This document shows, one piece after another, positions 28,983-38,482 of a stretch of DNA of 64,000 bases. The DNA lies in the NCBI GenBank assembly GCA_927439865.1, contig CAKMKD010000021.1, positions 2,522 to 66,521 on the forward strand. The letters run 5' to 3'. Position numbers and translations under genes: made by a program. Below the pieces are notes generated by a model that did not search any database, had not been told where the DNA came from, and was given only the letters and a program-made list of their open reading frames with translations. This DNA is from an uncultured Coriobacteriia bacterium (GTDB lineage Bacteria > Actinomycetota > Coriobacteriia > Anaerosomatales > Anaerosomataceae). Each line of letters starts with the position of its first letter. Position 1 is the stretch's first letter.

Positions 28983-29051
28983 ACGTAGGTGTTACGGAGG
29001 CCGCGATGAGCGGCTTCCTGTACCTGACCAGTCGTACTGATTGGACGTGCT

Positions 29052-29798
29052 ATGCCGGATGCAACAGTTGGATTCTTTGGCGCGTTTCTTGGCGGGCTCT
29101 TGTCGTTCCTTTCCCCGTGCGTGCTGCCTCTCATTCCCGGGTACCTCTCGTTCATGACCGGCCTGAGTGCTGGTGACCTGAAGAGCGGTGAGTCCAGGGT
29201 TAGCCGAATACTCGTGCCGAGCGCGCTGTTCACCTTGGGCTTCTCAGTCGTCTTCGTGCTCCTTGGTGCTGCTGCCGGCTTTGCGAGCGATGCGCTTCGG
29301 CCGTTCATGGCTACCTATCAGAGTGCCATCAGCGTCGCTGCTGGAATCCTTATCGTGCTCGTCGGCATCTTCATGCTTGGGATCATCAAGGTTCCCTGGC
29401 TCTACGGTGAAGCCCGGTTTGACCTGGCGAAGTCCAGGCGATTCGGCAGTGGAGCCGCGTTCGTGATGGGACTGGCATTCGGGTTCGGTTGGACGCCGTG
29501 TGTGGGTCCGATTCTTGCCGTGATACTGGGGCTTGCCGCGCAGACTGGCGACGTCACACGGGCAGCGCTGATGCTCGGAGCCTACTCGCTCGGCCTCGCC
29601 CTTCCATTCCTGCTGACAGCGGCCTTCTTCGGCAAGCTGACGCGTACCCTCGGGTGGTTCAACCGGCATTCTGTCGCCCTGTCACGAGCTGCCGGCGTCA
29701 TGCTGATCGTGATGGGCGTGCTGATCGCATCAGGTCAGCTTGGCCGACTCTCAGCGCTCATGATCAAAGCCATGCCGTTCCTCTCCAAGCTTGGGTGA
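29052..29798 (+). CDS. ccdA: Cytochrome c biogenesis / thiol-disulfide electron transporter CcdA (DsbD family)
   Basis: LSPCVLPLIPGYL and WTPCVGPIL, the two conserved Cys-containing TM motifs. Confidence 0.85.
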   Translation: MPDATVGFFGAFLGGLLSFLSPCVLPLIPGYLSFMTGLSAGDLKSGESRVSRILVPSALFTLGFSVVFVLLGAAAGFASDALRPFMATYQSAISVAAGILIVLVGIFMLGIIKVPWLYGEARFDLAKSRRFGSGAAFVMGLAFGFGWTPCVGPILAVILGLAAQTGDVTRAALMLGAYSLGLALPFLLTAAFFGKLTRTLGWFNRHSVALSRAAGVMLIVMGVLIASGQLGRLSALMIKAMPFLSKLG

Positions 29799-29864
29799 GA
29801 GCTATCTGCCCTGGCACGGCTCGTCGCTTCGGTCTAGGATTGGGGCGAGTCCAACAGGCAGGCG

Positions 29865-32800
29865 GTGACAATGGCGGGCCCCTGGCCGATCAAGCGGAGT
29901 CTTGCGAACAGGTACACGCTGCTTGTAGCGGTAGCTGTGGCTTTGACAACCCTGATTCTGGCAAGCGCCCTCGCACGCGGCGTCTATTCGATGGCATCCC
30001 GTGAGGAGACGGCACGCCAACGAGCCCAGAGCGACCTCGTCGTTCGTGACATCTCGTCCCGGCTGCTCGCATCCTCTCGCGTGCTGCGAACGCTGTCCGA
30101 TAGGGAGGCGATCCTTGGCACGGATGAGCGGGCCGCGGGCAAGGCTCTCGCGAGTGCCTATGTGGCCAATGCAGAGTATCTCCAGGGTGTCGCGGTGCTC
30201 GATGCGGACGGCGCTCCCATCGTTGCGTACCCTTCGGACAGCCCGATGCCCCCCGTCGCGACCGTTCGTGCTGCGGATTTCACCGAAGGGGTCGCGTACC
30301 TTTGGCTCGATGCCACCGATGACTCACAGGGTGTGCTCTGGGTCGCGGTGCCAACGCGCGGTACAGGCGGGGATGACAGGCTTCTCGTCGGCGTTGCGCG
30401 GACCGGGTTCATCGATGAAGCGCTGAAACAGGTCACGTTCTCCGAGATGCGCCCGACGGCAGTCGTTGCAGATGTCGCAGGTCGGAGTGTGTTTACGGCC
30501 GGCGACCCGCAGGCATACCTGGGTTCCACTATCAACTACGACCCATCAGCCGATGACCCCAATCTGGGCTCGGTTTCTATCGAGTCGGAAAGCGGGCAAC
30601 GGTTCACGGGGGTGTACGCGTCAATGTCGGGACTCAGGGGCCTCGACTGGCGCGTGATTATTGCCGAGAACGAGAGTGTGGTAGCGACTGAGACCTGGAA
30701 TGCGCTGCGCCCGGCGGTGATCGCCTGGTCAATATCGTCGTTCGTGGCGATGGCACTCGCGCTCATATCTGCTTCGTTTCTTGCGCGCCCGCTTCGGATG
30801 CTCGACCAGCGTGCGCGCGCAGCGGCTTCCGGGGCCATCCTCGAGCCTTTGCCCGTGAACCGGAACGATGAGATAGGCAGATTGATTGAGTCGTTCAACT
30901 CCGTGGCGCTCAGGCTCAATGGGATGCACGACATCAGCCAGTTGCTGGCAAGCGCGTCTGATGTGGAAGAGGTCCTCGACAGGATACTTGTCTCGCTCTC
31001 GCACATCCTTGGTGCACGAGACGTGGAGATTCTCCTGCTGGAAGACGAGGGCACGACGCTTCACCTTGTGCGGGCATCAGGGGCGCTGGTTCACGTGAGG
31101 GGTGCGAGAATCTCGGTCGATGCATCGACATGGCTCGGGGGCTCGATCACTACTCGCGCGGTCGAGCGTTTCTCGGGCGCGGTCGCGCTTGACCCTTTGA
31201 TGCACCTGCATGAGTCTCACTCGGACACGGCGTGCGCTATCGCGGTCCCGCTCGCAAAGGGCCATTCGGTGCTCGGCGTTGTGGTGATCGTCTGTGATGA
31301 GAGACAGCCATTCTCTGAGGCGGAAGTTGAAGTCGCGCGCTCGTTCGCCGCGCAGGCCGCGCTTGCTCTGGACAATGCTCGGCTCTTCGAAGACGAGCGC
31401 CGGTCGCGACGCGACGCCGAAGCGCTGCGACAAGTGGCCGAATCGATGAGCAGTCGCGCTTCGCTGGCCGGGTCGCTCAATGACATCGGCGCCATCGAGG
31501 CCGATCTTCTCGGTGCCGACAAGTCGTGGGTGTTCCTTGAGGAACCAGGCGATGGCAGCGGTGAGACTGAAGAAGTGTCCGCCCTATGCTTCTCGTTGTG
31601 GAGACGCATCAAGGATGAACGCGGGTTCTCGGAGAACGCCCTGCCTGTTGTACTCTCCGCGGATGATCACGATCAAGGGGTGCGAGCCCTGATGGGTGTG
31701 CTTGGGGCTGAATCGGTCGTGATCACGCCGGTTTCGGTCCATGAAGCGCTTACTGGTCTATTGGTCGTGGGCTGGGTCGACCGAACGTATGCTTTGGATC
31801 AGCGTGGCATCGGGCTGGGTTCGGCTATTGGTCAGCAGATAGCTCTCGCTTTGGAGAATGCTGCGCTGTTTGACGAGGCACGAACACGGGCCGATAACCT
31901 CGAGACGATCTTCCGCATATCCCAGGCGGTGAGCTCATCGCTCCAGAGCAAAGTCGTGCTCAACAGGGTACTGGACGTGGTGCAGAAGATCCTCTCGGCA
32001 GACGCAGTCATGCTGATGACGCTCGACCCGAGTCGCGGTCTCATGGTGGTGCCGATGGCGCGTGGCATCCTGAATCCGGAGATGCTGAAGATGGAGTTCC
32101 GCGCCGGCGAGGACATCCCTGGTGAGGTGTTTGAGACGAAGGAGCCGATAGCCGTACCCGACCTGAACGAGTCCGACTCATTCCTCTCGCGCGTTGCGGT
32201 GGGACAGAATCTCAGCTCAGCCGTCTTCGTTCCGCTTCTGGCCCGAGGCAGGTCGATCGGAGTCCTTGCGGTGCTGGCGCGCATGAAGGGCGCCTTCACG
32301 GCAGATGACACCGAGCTCTTGCGAACGTTCGCGACTCAGGCTGCTCTTGCAATCGACACGGCCGACCTGTTCAGCCGAGAGCATCACGTGGCAACAGTGC
32401 TCCAGCAGAGCATCCTGCCAACGCGACTCCCCGTGATTCACGGCATCGAGTCGGCGAGCGTGTACGTCCCCGCTAGCAGTGAGGTTGAGATCGGCGGTGA
32501 CTACTACGACCTGTTCCTGGCCCCCGATGGACGTGTCGTGATTGCCATTGGAGACGTGTGCGGCAAGGGGGTGGAGGCCGCGACGAAGACGTCGATGATC
32601 AAGTACTCGATCAGGGGGATGATAGCTGCGGGTGCCATGCCCTCCGCTGTGCTGAGCGAGCTCAATGCGGCGCTGGTTGCTGCGGGAGATCCTGCGGATA
32701 TCGTCACGCTCTGGCTCGGGTTGCTCGATATTGATACAGGGAGGCTTGTCTGGGCGAACGGCGGACATCCACCCGCGATGTTGCTGCAAGCAGATACGAG

Positions 32801-33131
32801 CGAGATACTCCGGCTGAGCACGACGGGGGCACTTCTCGGCGCAGTTCGAGCTGCCGAGTACGCTGAGTCCGAGGTCGTTGTCACGCCACAAGGAACGCTG
32901 CTGCTCTACACTGATGGTGTCACTGAGGCGCGAAATCGCGGTCGGTTCTTTGGCGAAGGACGGGTGCGCCGCGCGCTTCGCCAGGGCGGATCGGCTACAG
33001 CTGTCACCCAACGAATGCTCACCCTGGTTCAACGATTCTCCCACGGCGAGCTCCGCGACGACGCTGCGATTCTTGCGGTGGTGCTCGGCCCGGTGCCCGA
33101 GGGCGACGCCGCGGAGGTTACTGCCGACTGA
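29865..33131 (+). CDS. Large sensor phosphatase: TM-extracytoplasmic (Cache-like)-TM-HAMP-3xGAF-PP2C (SpoIIE/RsbU type)
   Basis: Two TM segments flank a roughly 250-aa loop. HAMP region (NDEIGRLIESFN). Three GAF-like repeats each end in FA.QAALA..NA.LF. C-terminal PPM domain (GGDYYD, GDVCGKG, YTDGVTEA). Confidence 0.8.
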   Translation: MTMAGPWPIKRSLANRYTLLVAVAVALTTLILASALARGVYSMASREETARQRAQSDLVVRDISSRLLASSRVLRTLSDREAILGTDERAAGKALASAYVANAEYLQGVAVLDADGAPIVAYPSDSPMPPVATVRAADFTEGVAYLWLDATDDSQGVLWVAVPTRGTGGDDRLLVGVARTGFIDEALKQVTFSEMRPTAVVADVAGRSVFTAGDPQAYLGSTINYDPSADDPNLGSVSIESESGQRFTGVYASMSGLRGLDWRVIIAENESVVATETWNALRPAVIAWSISSFVAMALALISASFLARPLRMLDQRARAAASGAILEPLPVNRNDEIGRLIESFNSVALRLNGMHDISQLLASASDVEEVLDRILVSLSHILGARDVEILLLEDEGTTLHLVRASGALVHVRGARISVDASTWLGGSITTRAVERFSGAVALDPLMHLHESHSDTACAIAVPLAKGHSVLGVVVIVCDERQPFSEAEVEVARSFAAQAALALDNARLFEDERRSRRDAEALRQVAESMSSRASLAGSLNDIGAIEADLLGADKSWVFLEEPGDGSGETEEVSALCFSLWRRIKDERGFSENALPVVLSADDHDQGVRALMGVLGAESVVITPVSVHEALTGLLVVGWVDRTYALDQRGIGLGSAIGQQIALALENAALFDEARTRADNLETIFRISQAVSSSLQSKVVLNRVLDVVQKILSADAVMLMTLDPSRGLMVVPMARGILNPEMLKMEFRAGEDIPGEVFETKEPIAVPDLNESDSFLSRVAVGQNLSSAVFVPLLARGRSIGVLAVLARMKGAFTADDTELLRTFATQAALAIDTADLFSREHHVATVLQQSILPTRLPVIHGIESASVYVPASSEVEIGGDYYDLFLAPDGRVVIAIGDVCGKGVEAATKTSMIKYSIRGMIAAGAMPSAVLSELNAALVAAGDPADIVTLWLGLLDIDTGRLVWANGGHPPAMLLQADTSEILRLSTTGALLGAVRAAEYAESEVVVTPQGTLLLYTDGVTEARNRGRFFGEGRVRRALRQGGSATAVTQRMLTLVQRFSHGELRDDAAILAVVLGPVPEGDAAEVTAD

Positions 33132-33181
33132 GGTCGGGTACACCTGTTGCAGCGAATCCGCGCGTACGAGGAGCCATTTTC

Positions 33182-33955
33182 TTGAAGATCGATCTTGAAC
33201 ATCGTTTCGATGCGCGAGTCTGTGTTGTGCGCATGGATGGTGACCTCGACATGGGAAGCGTCCCGCGAGTGCGCCATAGAATCTCGGAGGCGCTGTCCGG
33301 CGGATGTGTGAACGTGGTTCTCGATATGTCGCGTGTCGATTACGCCGACAGCTCTACGTTTAGTCTTCTGGTCTGGCTCGATAGGGAACTTGATCCGCGT
33401 GGTGGGAAGCTCGTGCTCGCAGGGGCGAATGCGAACGTCGGGCGCGTGCTAGAGCTCTCGGGCCTTATCGGCGCTGCTCCGACGATTGCCGCGGCTGACG
33501 ATGTGACGGTGGCCCTTTCAGGCCTGGACTCTATGGAGGACCTATCAGCGCCGGTCTGGGTCGAGCACATGGTGCTTCCAGCCACGCCCGACACCCTGGC
33601 CTCCGCTCGCGGGCAAGTGTGCGACGTGCTTGAGCCCGTAGGGATTGCCGAGTCGACCATGTTCGACATCAGGGTTGCGGTGGGAGAGGCGCTTGCCAAC
33701 GCCATCCGCCACGGTTCTCCCGGCGGCGAGGATGACGTTGTCTCCGTCGAGGTAAGTATGTTTGCGAACCGAGTGATGATACGAGTATCTGACTCCGGCA
33801 ACGGCTTTGACGGGTGTTCGATTCCGAGCGAGGATCTTTACGCATCATCAGGCCGTGGTGTGATGTTCATGCGAGCTTTGATGGACAAAGTCGAGTTCGA
33901 ATCGTGCGTCGACGGCGGCACGGTCGTGACGCTGGTGAAGCACATAACCACGTGA
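33182..33955 (+). CDS. Fusion protein: STAS anti-sigma-antagonist domain + RsbW/SpoIIAB-type anti-sigma serine kinase domain
   Basis: N-terminal half has the STAS pattern with a phosphorylatable DSS motif (VDYADSSTFSLL). C-terminal half has the GHKL N-box EALANAIRHG and the G-box region SDSGNGFD...GRGVMFM. TTG start after GAGGAG. Confidence 0.75.
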   Translation: MKIDLEHRFDARVCVVRMDGDLDMGSVPRVRHRISEALSGGCVNVVLDMSRVDYADSSTFSLLVWLDRELDPRGGKLVLAGANANVGRVLELSGLIGAAPTIAAADDVTVALSGLDSMEDLSAPVWVEHMVLPATPDTLASARGQVCDVLEPVGIAESTMFDIRVAVGEALANAIRHGSPGGEDDVVSVEVSMFANRVMIRVSDSGNGFDGCSIPSEDLYASSGRGVMFMRALMDKVEFESCVDGGTVVTLVKHITT

Positions 33956-34068
33956 TTCTGGCGGGAGCACGCGTGGGTGCGCGTCTGTGCCGGAACTAGT
34001 ATGCTGTTCAGAACCGGACACCGGCAGTGCGGCGTGATGTTCCTGCCGGTCTTCTACGGAGGTGTTCC

Positions 34069-34638
34069 ATGGAGCTGCTCGACTCGCTGCGGAGCCGCCA
34101 TTCCACCAGGCTCTTCAAGGATGAGCCTGTGTCTGATGACGAAGTCCGCGCCCTCTGCGATGCAGCGTCCCTGGCGCCATCGCCGATGAACAGCCAACCA
34201 TGGCATTTCCACGTCGCCACAGGGGACGTGCGCATCGAGGTGGGTGAGGTGATGGCGCTCACCACCCAGTACCTTCAAGAGTACCTGGAGGTTCTTGGAG
34301 CGGAGGGTGTTGAGCGTGCGGCGCGGTTCTACGAGGATATGGGCAAGGCACCGGTCGTCATCGCCGTATCGGTCCCTATACTCACCGATCCGTCCGAGCA
34401 CAACAACGCTCTCATCGCCGTTGGCGCAGCAGTGGAGAACTTCATGCTGGCAGCGCTCGACTCTGGGTTGGGATCGTGCAATCTCTCGGCTCCCCGGTGG
34501 GTCGTCGATCGGCTCCTGGATGTCTTCGAGGTTCCTTCAGATCGCATGATCGCATCGCTGATCATCGTGGGACACCCCGATGAGACCCCGCTGGTGCATG
34601 ACCGCAAGCACGACGTGGTGACCTTCGTCGGCAGATGA
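34069..34638 (+). CDS. Nitroreductase-family FMN oxidoreductase
   Basis: RHSTRLF N-terminal motif, PSPMNSQPWHF, and typical size. Confidence 0.8.
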   Translation: MELLDSLRSRHSTRLFKDEPVSDDEVRALCDAASLAPSPMNSQPWHFHVATGDVRIEVGEVMALTTQYLQEYLEVLGAEGVERAARFYEDMGKAPVVIAVSVPILTDPSEHNNALIAVGAAVENFMLAALDSGLGSCNLSAPRWVVDRLLDVFEVPSDRMIASLIIVGHPDETPLVHDRKHDVVTFVGR

Positions 34639-35342
34639 CGCTCAAGGCGGTCTTCTTCGACGTTGGCAACACGCTTCTGGCGCCCTTTCCGAGCGTTTCC
34701 GAGGTCTGCCGTCAGGTACTTGCCGAGGCCGGTCATGTGCACGACCTGTCCGCGATTGATGCTCTGATGCCGCTTGTGGACGAGTACTACGAGGATCGCT
34801 ACCGTGCCGATGACACCTTCTGGACAGACGAGGAGGAGACCTCCTCGGTGTGGGTGGGAATGTACTCGCTCATGTGCCGACGTCTCGGTATCGAGGATGA
34901 TGCGGTGCGCTTGGCCAGGCGGGTCTATGACGAGTTCGGCAAACCGGAGCGCTGGGCGCCGTACCCCGATGTCCTGCCCGCCCTCGATCGCTTGCGGCTT
35001 AAGGGCCTTCAGCTCGGCATCATCTCTAACTGGGACGGCCGTCTTGTATCGTTGCTCGGTGCCCTTGGCATCGAGCAACGCGTTGACGTTGTGCTTTCAT
35101 CGGCCGACGTCGGGCTTCGAAAGCCCGATCCACGCATCTTCGAGCTGGCATGCAGCAGGCTGGGAGTTGCACCTGAAGAGGCCGCACACGTTGGCGACCA
35201 TCACTACTCGGATATTCTAGGAGCCCGAGCCGTGGGCATGCTGCCGGTGTTGATTGACCGAAGCGGCAGGGTACCGCTGCCTGTGGGTCCGGCTCCGATC
35301 ACAGGTTTCGATTCGCTCGAGGCAGCCCTCGGGCTGAGTTAA
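34635..35342 (+). CDS. HAD-superfamily hydrolase (subfamily IA)
   Basis: Motif I FFDVGNTL (DxG variant), ISNWDG, KPDPRIF, and motif IV GDHHYSDI. Confidence 0.75.
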   Translation: MTLKAVFFDVGNTLLAPFPSVSEVCRQVLAEAGHVHDLSAIDALMPLVDEYYEDRYRADDTFWTDEEETSSVWVGMYSLMCRRLGIEDDAVRLARRVYDEFGKPERWAPYPDVLPALDRLRLKGLQLGIISNWDGRLVSLLGALGIEQRVDVVLSSADVGLRKPDPRIFELACSRLGVAPEEAAHVGDHHYSDILGARAVGMLPVLIDRSGRVPLPVGPAPITGFDSLEAALGLS

Positions 35343-35352
35343 GGGAGGACCG

Positions 35353-36837
35353 ATGGCGGTCAAGGATCTGCGGGAGTTCATCACGTTGCTGGAAAGCAGG
35401 GGCGAGTTGCGTCGTGTCTCGGCCGAGCTCGATCCCGTTCTGGAAATCGGCGAAGTGACTGACCGTGTGAGCAAGGCGTTCGGTCCCGGGCTGCTATTCG
35501 AGAATCCGATGGACCGGGAAACCGGCCGGCGCTACTCCATACCGGTGGCGATCAATCTCATGGGGTCCTACGACCGCATGGCATGGGCGATGGGCGTTGA
35601 CGCCGACTCGGGGTCGTGGAAGGACCTGGACGCCGTTGCACGGCGGGTCATGGACAAGCTTCCGCTCGACATGCCGTCGTCGATGAAGGGCAAGCTCGAC
35701 GTGCTGATGGGCCTCAAAGATCTTGCTGGTGCGGGCCCTAAGGAGATTAAGAAGGCCCCATGTCAGGAGGTCGTGCTCAGGGGTGATGACGTCGACCTCG
35801 GCATGCTGCCAATTCTGAAGACCTGGCCTGATGACGGCGGCAGATTCATAACGCTGCCACTTGTTGTCACTGCCGACCTCAAAGGCAAGCTCAACATCGG
35901 CATGTACCGGATGCAGGTCTTCGACAAGAACTCCACCGGAATGCACATCCATGAACACCACGACGGGGCCAGGAACATGCGCGAGCAGTTCGCCGCCGGC
36001 GTTGAGCGGGTCCCAGTGTCAGTTGCCCTCGGAGCCGATCCGGTGACGATCTTCTCGGCCACTGCACCCGTTCCGCCGATTATCGACGAATACCTGTTCA
36101 GCGGGATCCTGCGCGGTGAAAGCGTCGAGGTCGTGAAATGCGTGACGAACGACCTGCTTGTGCCCGCGCATGCGGAGATCATTCTCGAAGGCTACGTCAC
36201 GGCTGGAGAGACGCGGTGGGAGGGTCCCTTCGGCGATCACACGGGGTACTACTCACTTGCCGACGACTTCCCCGTATTCCATGTCGAAGTCATGACGATG
36301 CGCAACGATGCGATCTATCCGGCCACCATTGTCGGCCGGCCACCCATGGAGGACTGCTACATGGGGAAGGCAACCGAGCGGCTCTTCCTGCCTGTGATCA
36401 AGGCGATGATGCCGGAGGTCGTGGACTACGATCTGCCGCTTGAGGGAGTCTTCCACAACTGCGTCATCTTCCAGATCAAGAAGGAGTTTGCCGGGCAGGC
36501 GTTCAGAGTCATGAACTTCGCATGGTCCATGGGACAGATGATGTTCACGAAGTTCGTGATCGTCGTGGACGAAGACGTCGACTGTCATGACTACTCTCAG
36601 GTGGCGTGGCGGTGCTTCAACAACGTCGACCCAAGCAGGGACGTACTCATCAACAAGGGGCCCCTGGACCGGCTCGATCACAGCAGCAACTACCAGTCGT
36701 TCGGCTTCAAGATGGGTATCGATGCGACGAAGCCGCTGCCCGGCGAGGGTCACGAACGCGGCTGGCCGGAAGCACTTGAGATGGACGCACAGGTGAAGGA
36801 GCGCATCGACGAACTGTGGGGGAGTCTCGGACTGTGA
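35353..36837 (+). CDS. ubiD: UbiD-family (prenylated-FMN-dependent) decarboxylase
   Basis: DLREFI..LE..GEL N-terminus, the IGMYRMQV motif, and about 494 aa. The symbol is family-level only. It could be the menaquinone (MqnL-type) enzyme. Confidence 0.85.
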   Translation: MAVKDLREFITLLESRGELRRVSAELDPVLEIGEVTDRVSKAFGPGLLFENPMDRETGRRYSIPVAINLMGSYDRMAWAMGVDADSGSWKDLDAVARRVMDKLPLDMPSSMKGKLDVLMGLKDLAGAGPKEIKKAPCQEVVLRGDDVDLGMLPILKTWPDDGGRFITLPLVVTADLKGKLNIGMYRMQVFDKNSTGMHIHEHHDGARNMREQFAAGVERVPVSVALGADPVTIFSATAPVPPIIDEYLFSGILRGESVEVVKCVTNDLLVPAHAEIILEGYVTAGETRWEGPFGDHTGYYSLADDFPVFHVEVMTMRNDAIYPATIVGRPPMEDCYMGKATERLFLPVIKAMMPEVVDYDLPLEGVFHNCVIFQIKKEFAGQAFRVMNFAWSMGQMMFTKFVIVVDEDVDCHDYSQVAWRCFNNVDPSRDVLINKGPLDRLDHSSNYQSFGFKMGIDATKPLPGEGHERGWPEALEMDAQVKERIDELWGSLGL

Positions 36838-37772
36838 GCAAGCTCGCCGAGAAGGTCCGGATCCTCCTAGAGCTCGTCAAGTTCGAGCACTCGGTGTTCG
36901 CGCTCCCATACGCATACATCGGCGCGCTCTACGGCGCAGCGACAGTGGCCTTCGCGGTGCCGGCCATCTATCCAGCACCCGACCCTGCGCCGACCCCCTG
37001 GGTGACACTCGCCAATTGGCCGACGATTGCCGCAATTGTGTGGATTACTGTTGCCATGGTGGGCGCGCGGGCGTTCGCGTTCGTTCTTAACCGTGCCATA
37101 GACAAGGAGATTGACGCTCGGAATCCCCGCACTGCAGGACGTGCGGTGCCAGCCGGGTTGATCAAGGCGTGGGAACTGTGGCTCTTCGCGGCGTTCATGC
37201 TGGCAGCGTACCTGCATGCCGTGTTCCAGCTTGATCCGATCACCAGGTGGCTCTCGCCGATTCCGCTTGCCGCGTTCGTCGCGTACCCGTACATGAAGCG
37301 GTTCACGCCGCTCTGCCATTACTGGCTCGGGCTCTGTCTCGGTCTCGCTCCCGTGGCCGGGTGGGTGGCTGTGGGCGGGTCGATCACCGCGGTCGCACCC
37401 TGGGTGCTTGGCGCGGCCGTGACGTTGTGGACAGCCGGCTTCGATATGATCTACGCGACTCAGGACGTCACCTGCGACGTTAGAGACGGCATACACAGCA
37501 TGCCCGCAGATATCGGAATTGCCGGCGCGCTCTTACAGACCAGGATTGCACACACGCTCGCGGTCGCTCTACTGCTGGGCGGAGGCATTCTTGCGGGCGC
37601 GGGGTGGCCATGGCATCTCGGTGTCGGTGTGGCAGCAGCACTACTGTGGTATGAGAACAGCATCGTGCGCGCGGACGACCTGTCCCGTGTGAACGCGGCT
37701 TTCTTCCAGGTGAACGGCGTAATCGCGCTCGTCGTGCTGGCGGGCGCGCTCGCCGACCGGCTACTCGGCTAG
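36834..37772 (+). CDS. ubiA: UbiA-family aromatic polyprenyltransferase
   Basis: Nine-TM protein with NRAIDKEIDARNPRT and the second Asp-rich motif region. GTGA overlap with the UbiD-family gene. The symbol is family-level only. Confidence 0.8.
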   Translation: MSKLAEKVRILLELVKFEHSVFALPYAYIGALYGAATVAFAVPAIYPAPDPAPTPWVTLANWPTIAAIVWITVAMVGARAFAFVLNRAIDKEIDARNPRTAGRAVPAGLIKAWELWLFAAFMLAAYLHAVFQLDPITRWLSPIPLAAFVAYPYMKRFTPLCHYWLGLCLGLAPVAGWVAVGGSITAVAPWVLGAAVTLWTAGFDMIYATQDVTCDVRDGIHSMPADIGIAGALLQTRIAHTLAVALLLGGGILAGAGWPWHLGVGVAAALLWYENSIVRADDLSRVNAAFFQVNGVIALVVLAGALADRLLG

Positions 37773-37782
37773 GAGAAGCTCG

Positions 37783-38379
37783 ATGAAACACTACGTCGTG
37801 GTGATAACGGGCGCGTCAGGCTCGGTCTACGGACTTCGGGCGATTGAGCAGCTGCTGACCTCCGGACACGAGGTCTCGCTCGTTGCTACGCCCACCGGCG
37901 CTGAGGTGATGGCGTACGAAACCGGTCTTAGGCTGCCGGAAACCGCCGCAAAGGAGAGTGTGCTCCGCTTCCTTGAACTGCCGCTCGATTCAAGGCTGCG
38001 TGTGGTTGCCGACAGCGATTTGTTCGACGCCGTAGCAAGCGGCTCAAGTGCGGTCGACGGCGTGGTCGTGATCCCGGCTTCCATGGGCTTCGTCGGCTCG
38101 GTTGCGGCCGGCCTCGGCTCGGATCTCGCCGAGCGGGCCGCCGATGTGGCTCTTAAGGAGCGGCGGCCGCTCGTACTGGTCCCGCGTGAGACGCCATTCA
38201 ACCTCATTCACTTGAGGAATCTCACGTCACTTGCTGAGGCTGGCGCCGTGATCGTTCCGGCAATGCCAGCGTTCTATCAGCGCCCCGAGACCCTGGACGA
38301 CATGGTCAATTTCGTGGTGGGCAAGGCGCTTGATGTGCTGGGCGTGGAGCATCAGCTGTTTCCTCGCTGGCGGGAGTAG
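37783..38379 (+). CDS. ubiX: UbiX-family flavin prenyltransferase
   Basis: VVITGASGSVYG N-terminus, about 198 aa, clustered with the UbiD-family gene. Confidence 0.85.
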   Translation: MKHYVVVITGASGSVYGLRAIEQLLTSGHEVSLVATPTGAEVMAYETGLRLPETAAKESVLRFLELPLDSRLRVVADSDLFDAVASGSSAVDGVVVIPASMGFVGSVAAGLGSDLAERAADVALKERRPLVLVPRETPFNLIHLRNLTSLAEAGAVIVPAMPAFYQRPETLDDMVNFVVGKALDVLGVEHQLFPRWRE

Positions 38380-38482
38380 TCTGCCTGTGCTTGACGCACG
38401 CGCGACCCGGGCGCAGAATCACACATATAGCAGGGGTCTATCACACCACACGTCGTAGCAGTAGTCGTAGAAGGAGACAGCC

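Noticed and set aside
29812-29828. TGGCACGGCTCGTCGCT upstream of the large sensor phosphatase gene.
   Set aside because: The -24 box is perfect, but the nearest GC dinucleotide is one nucleotide too far and the -12 box is TCGC. I do not call it without experimental support.
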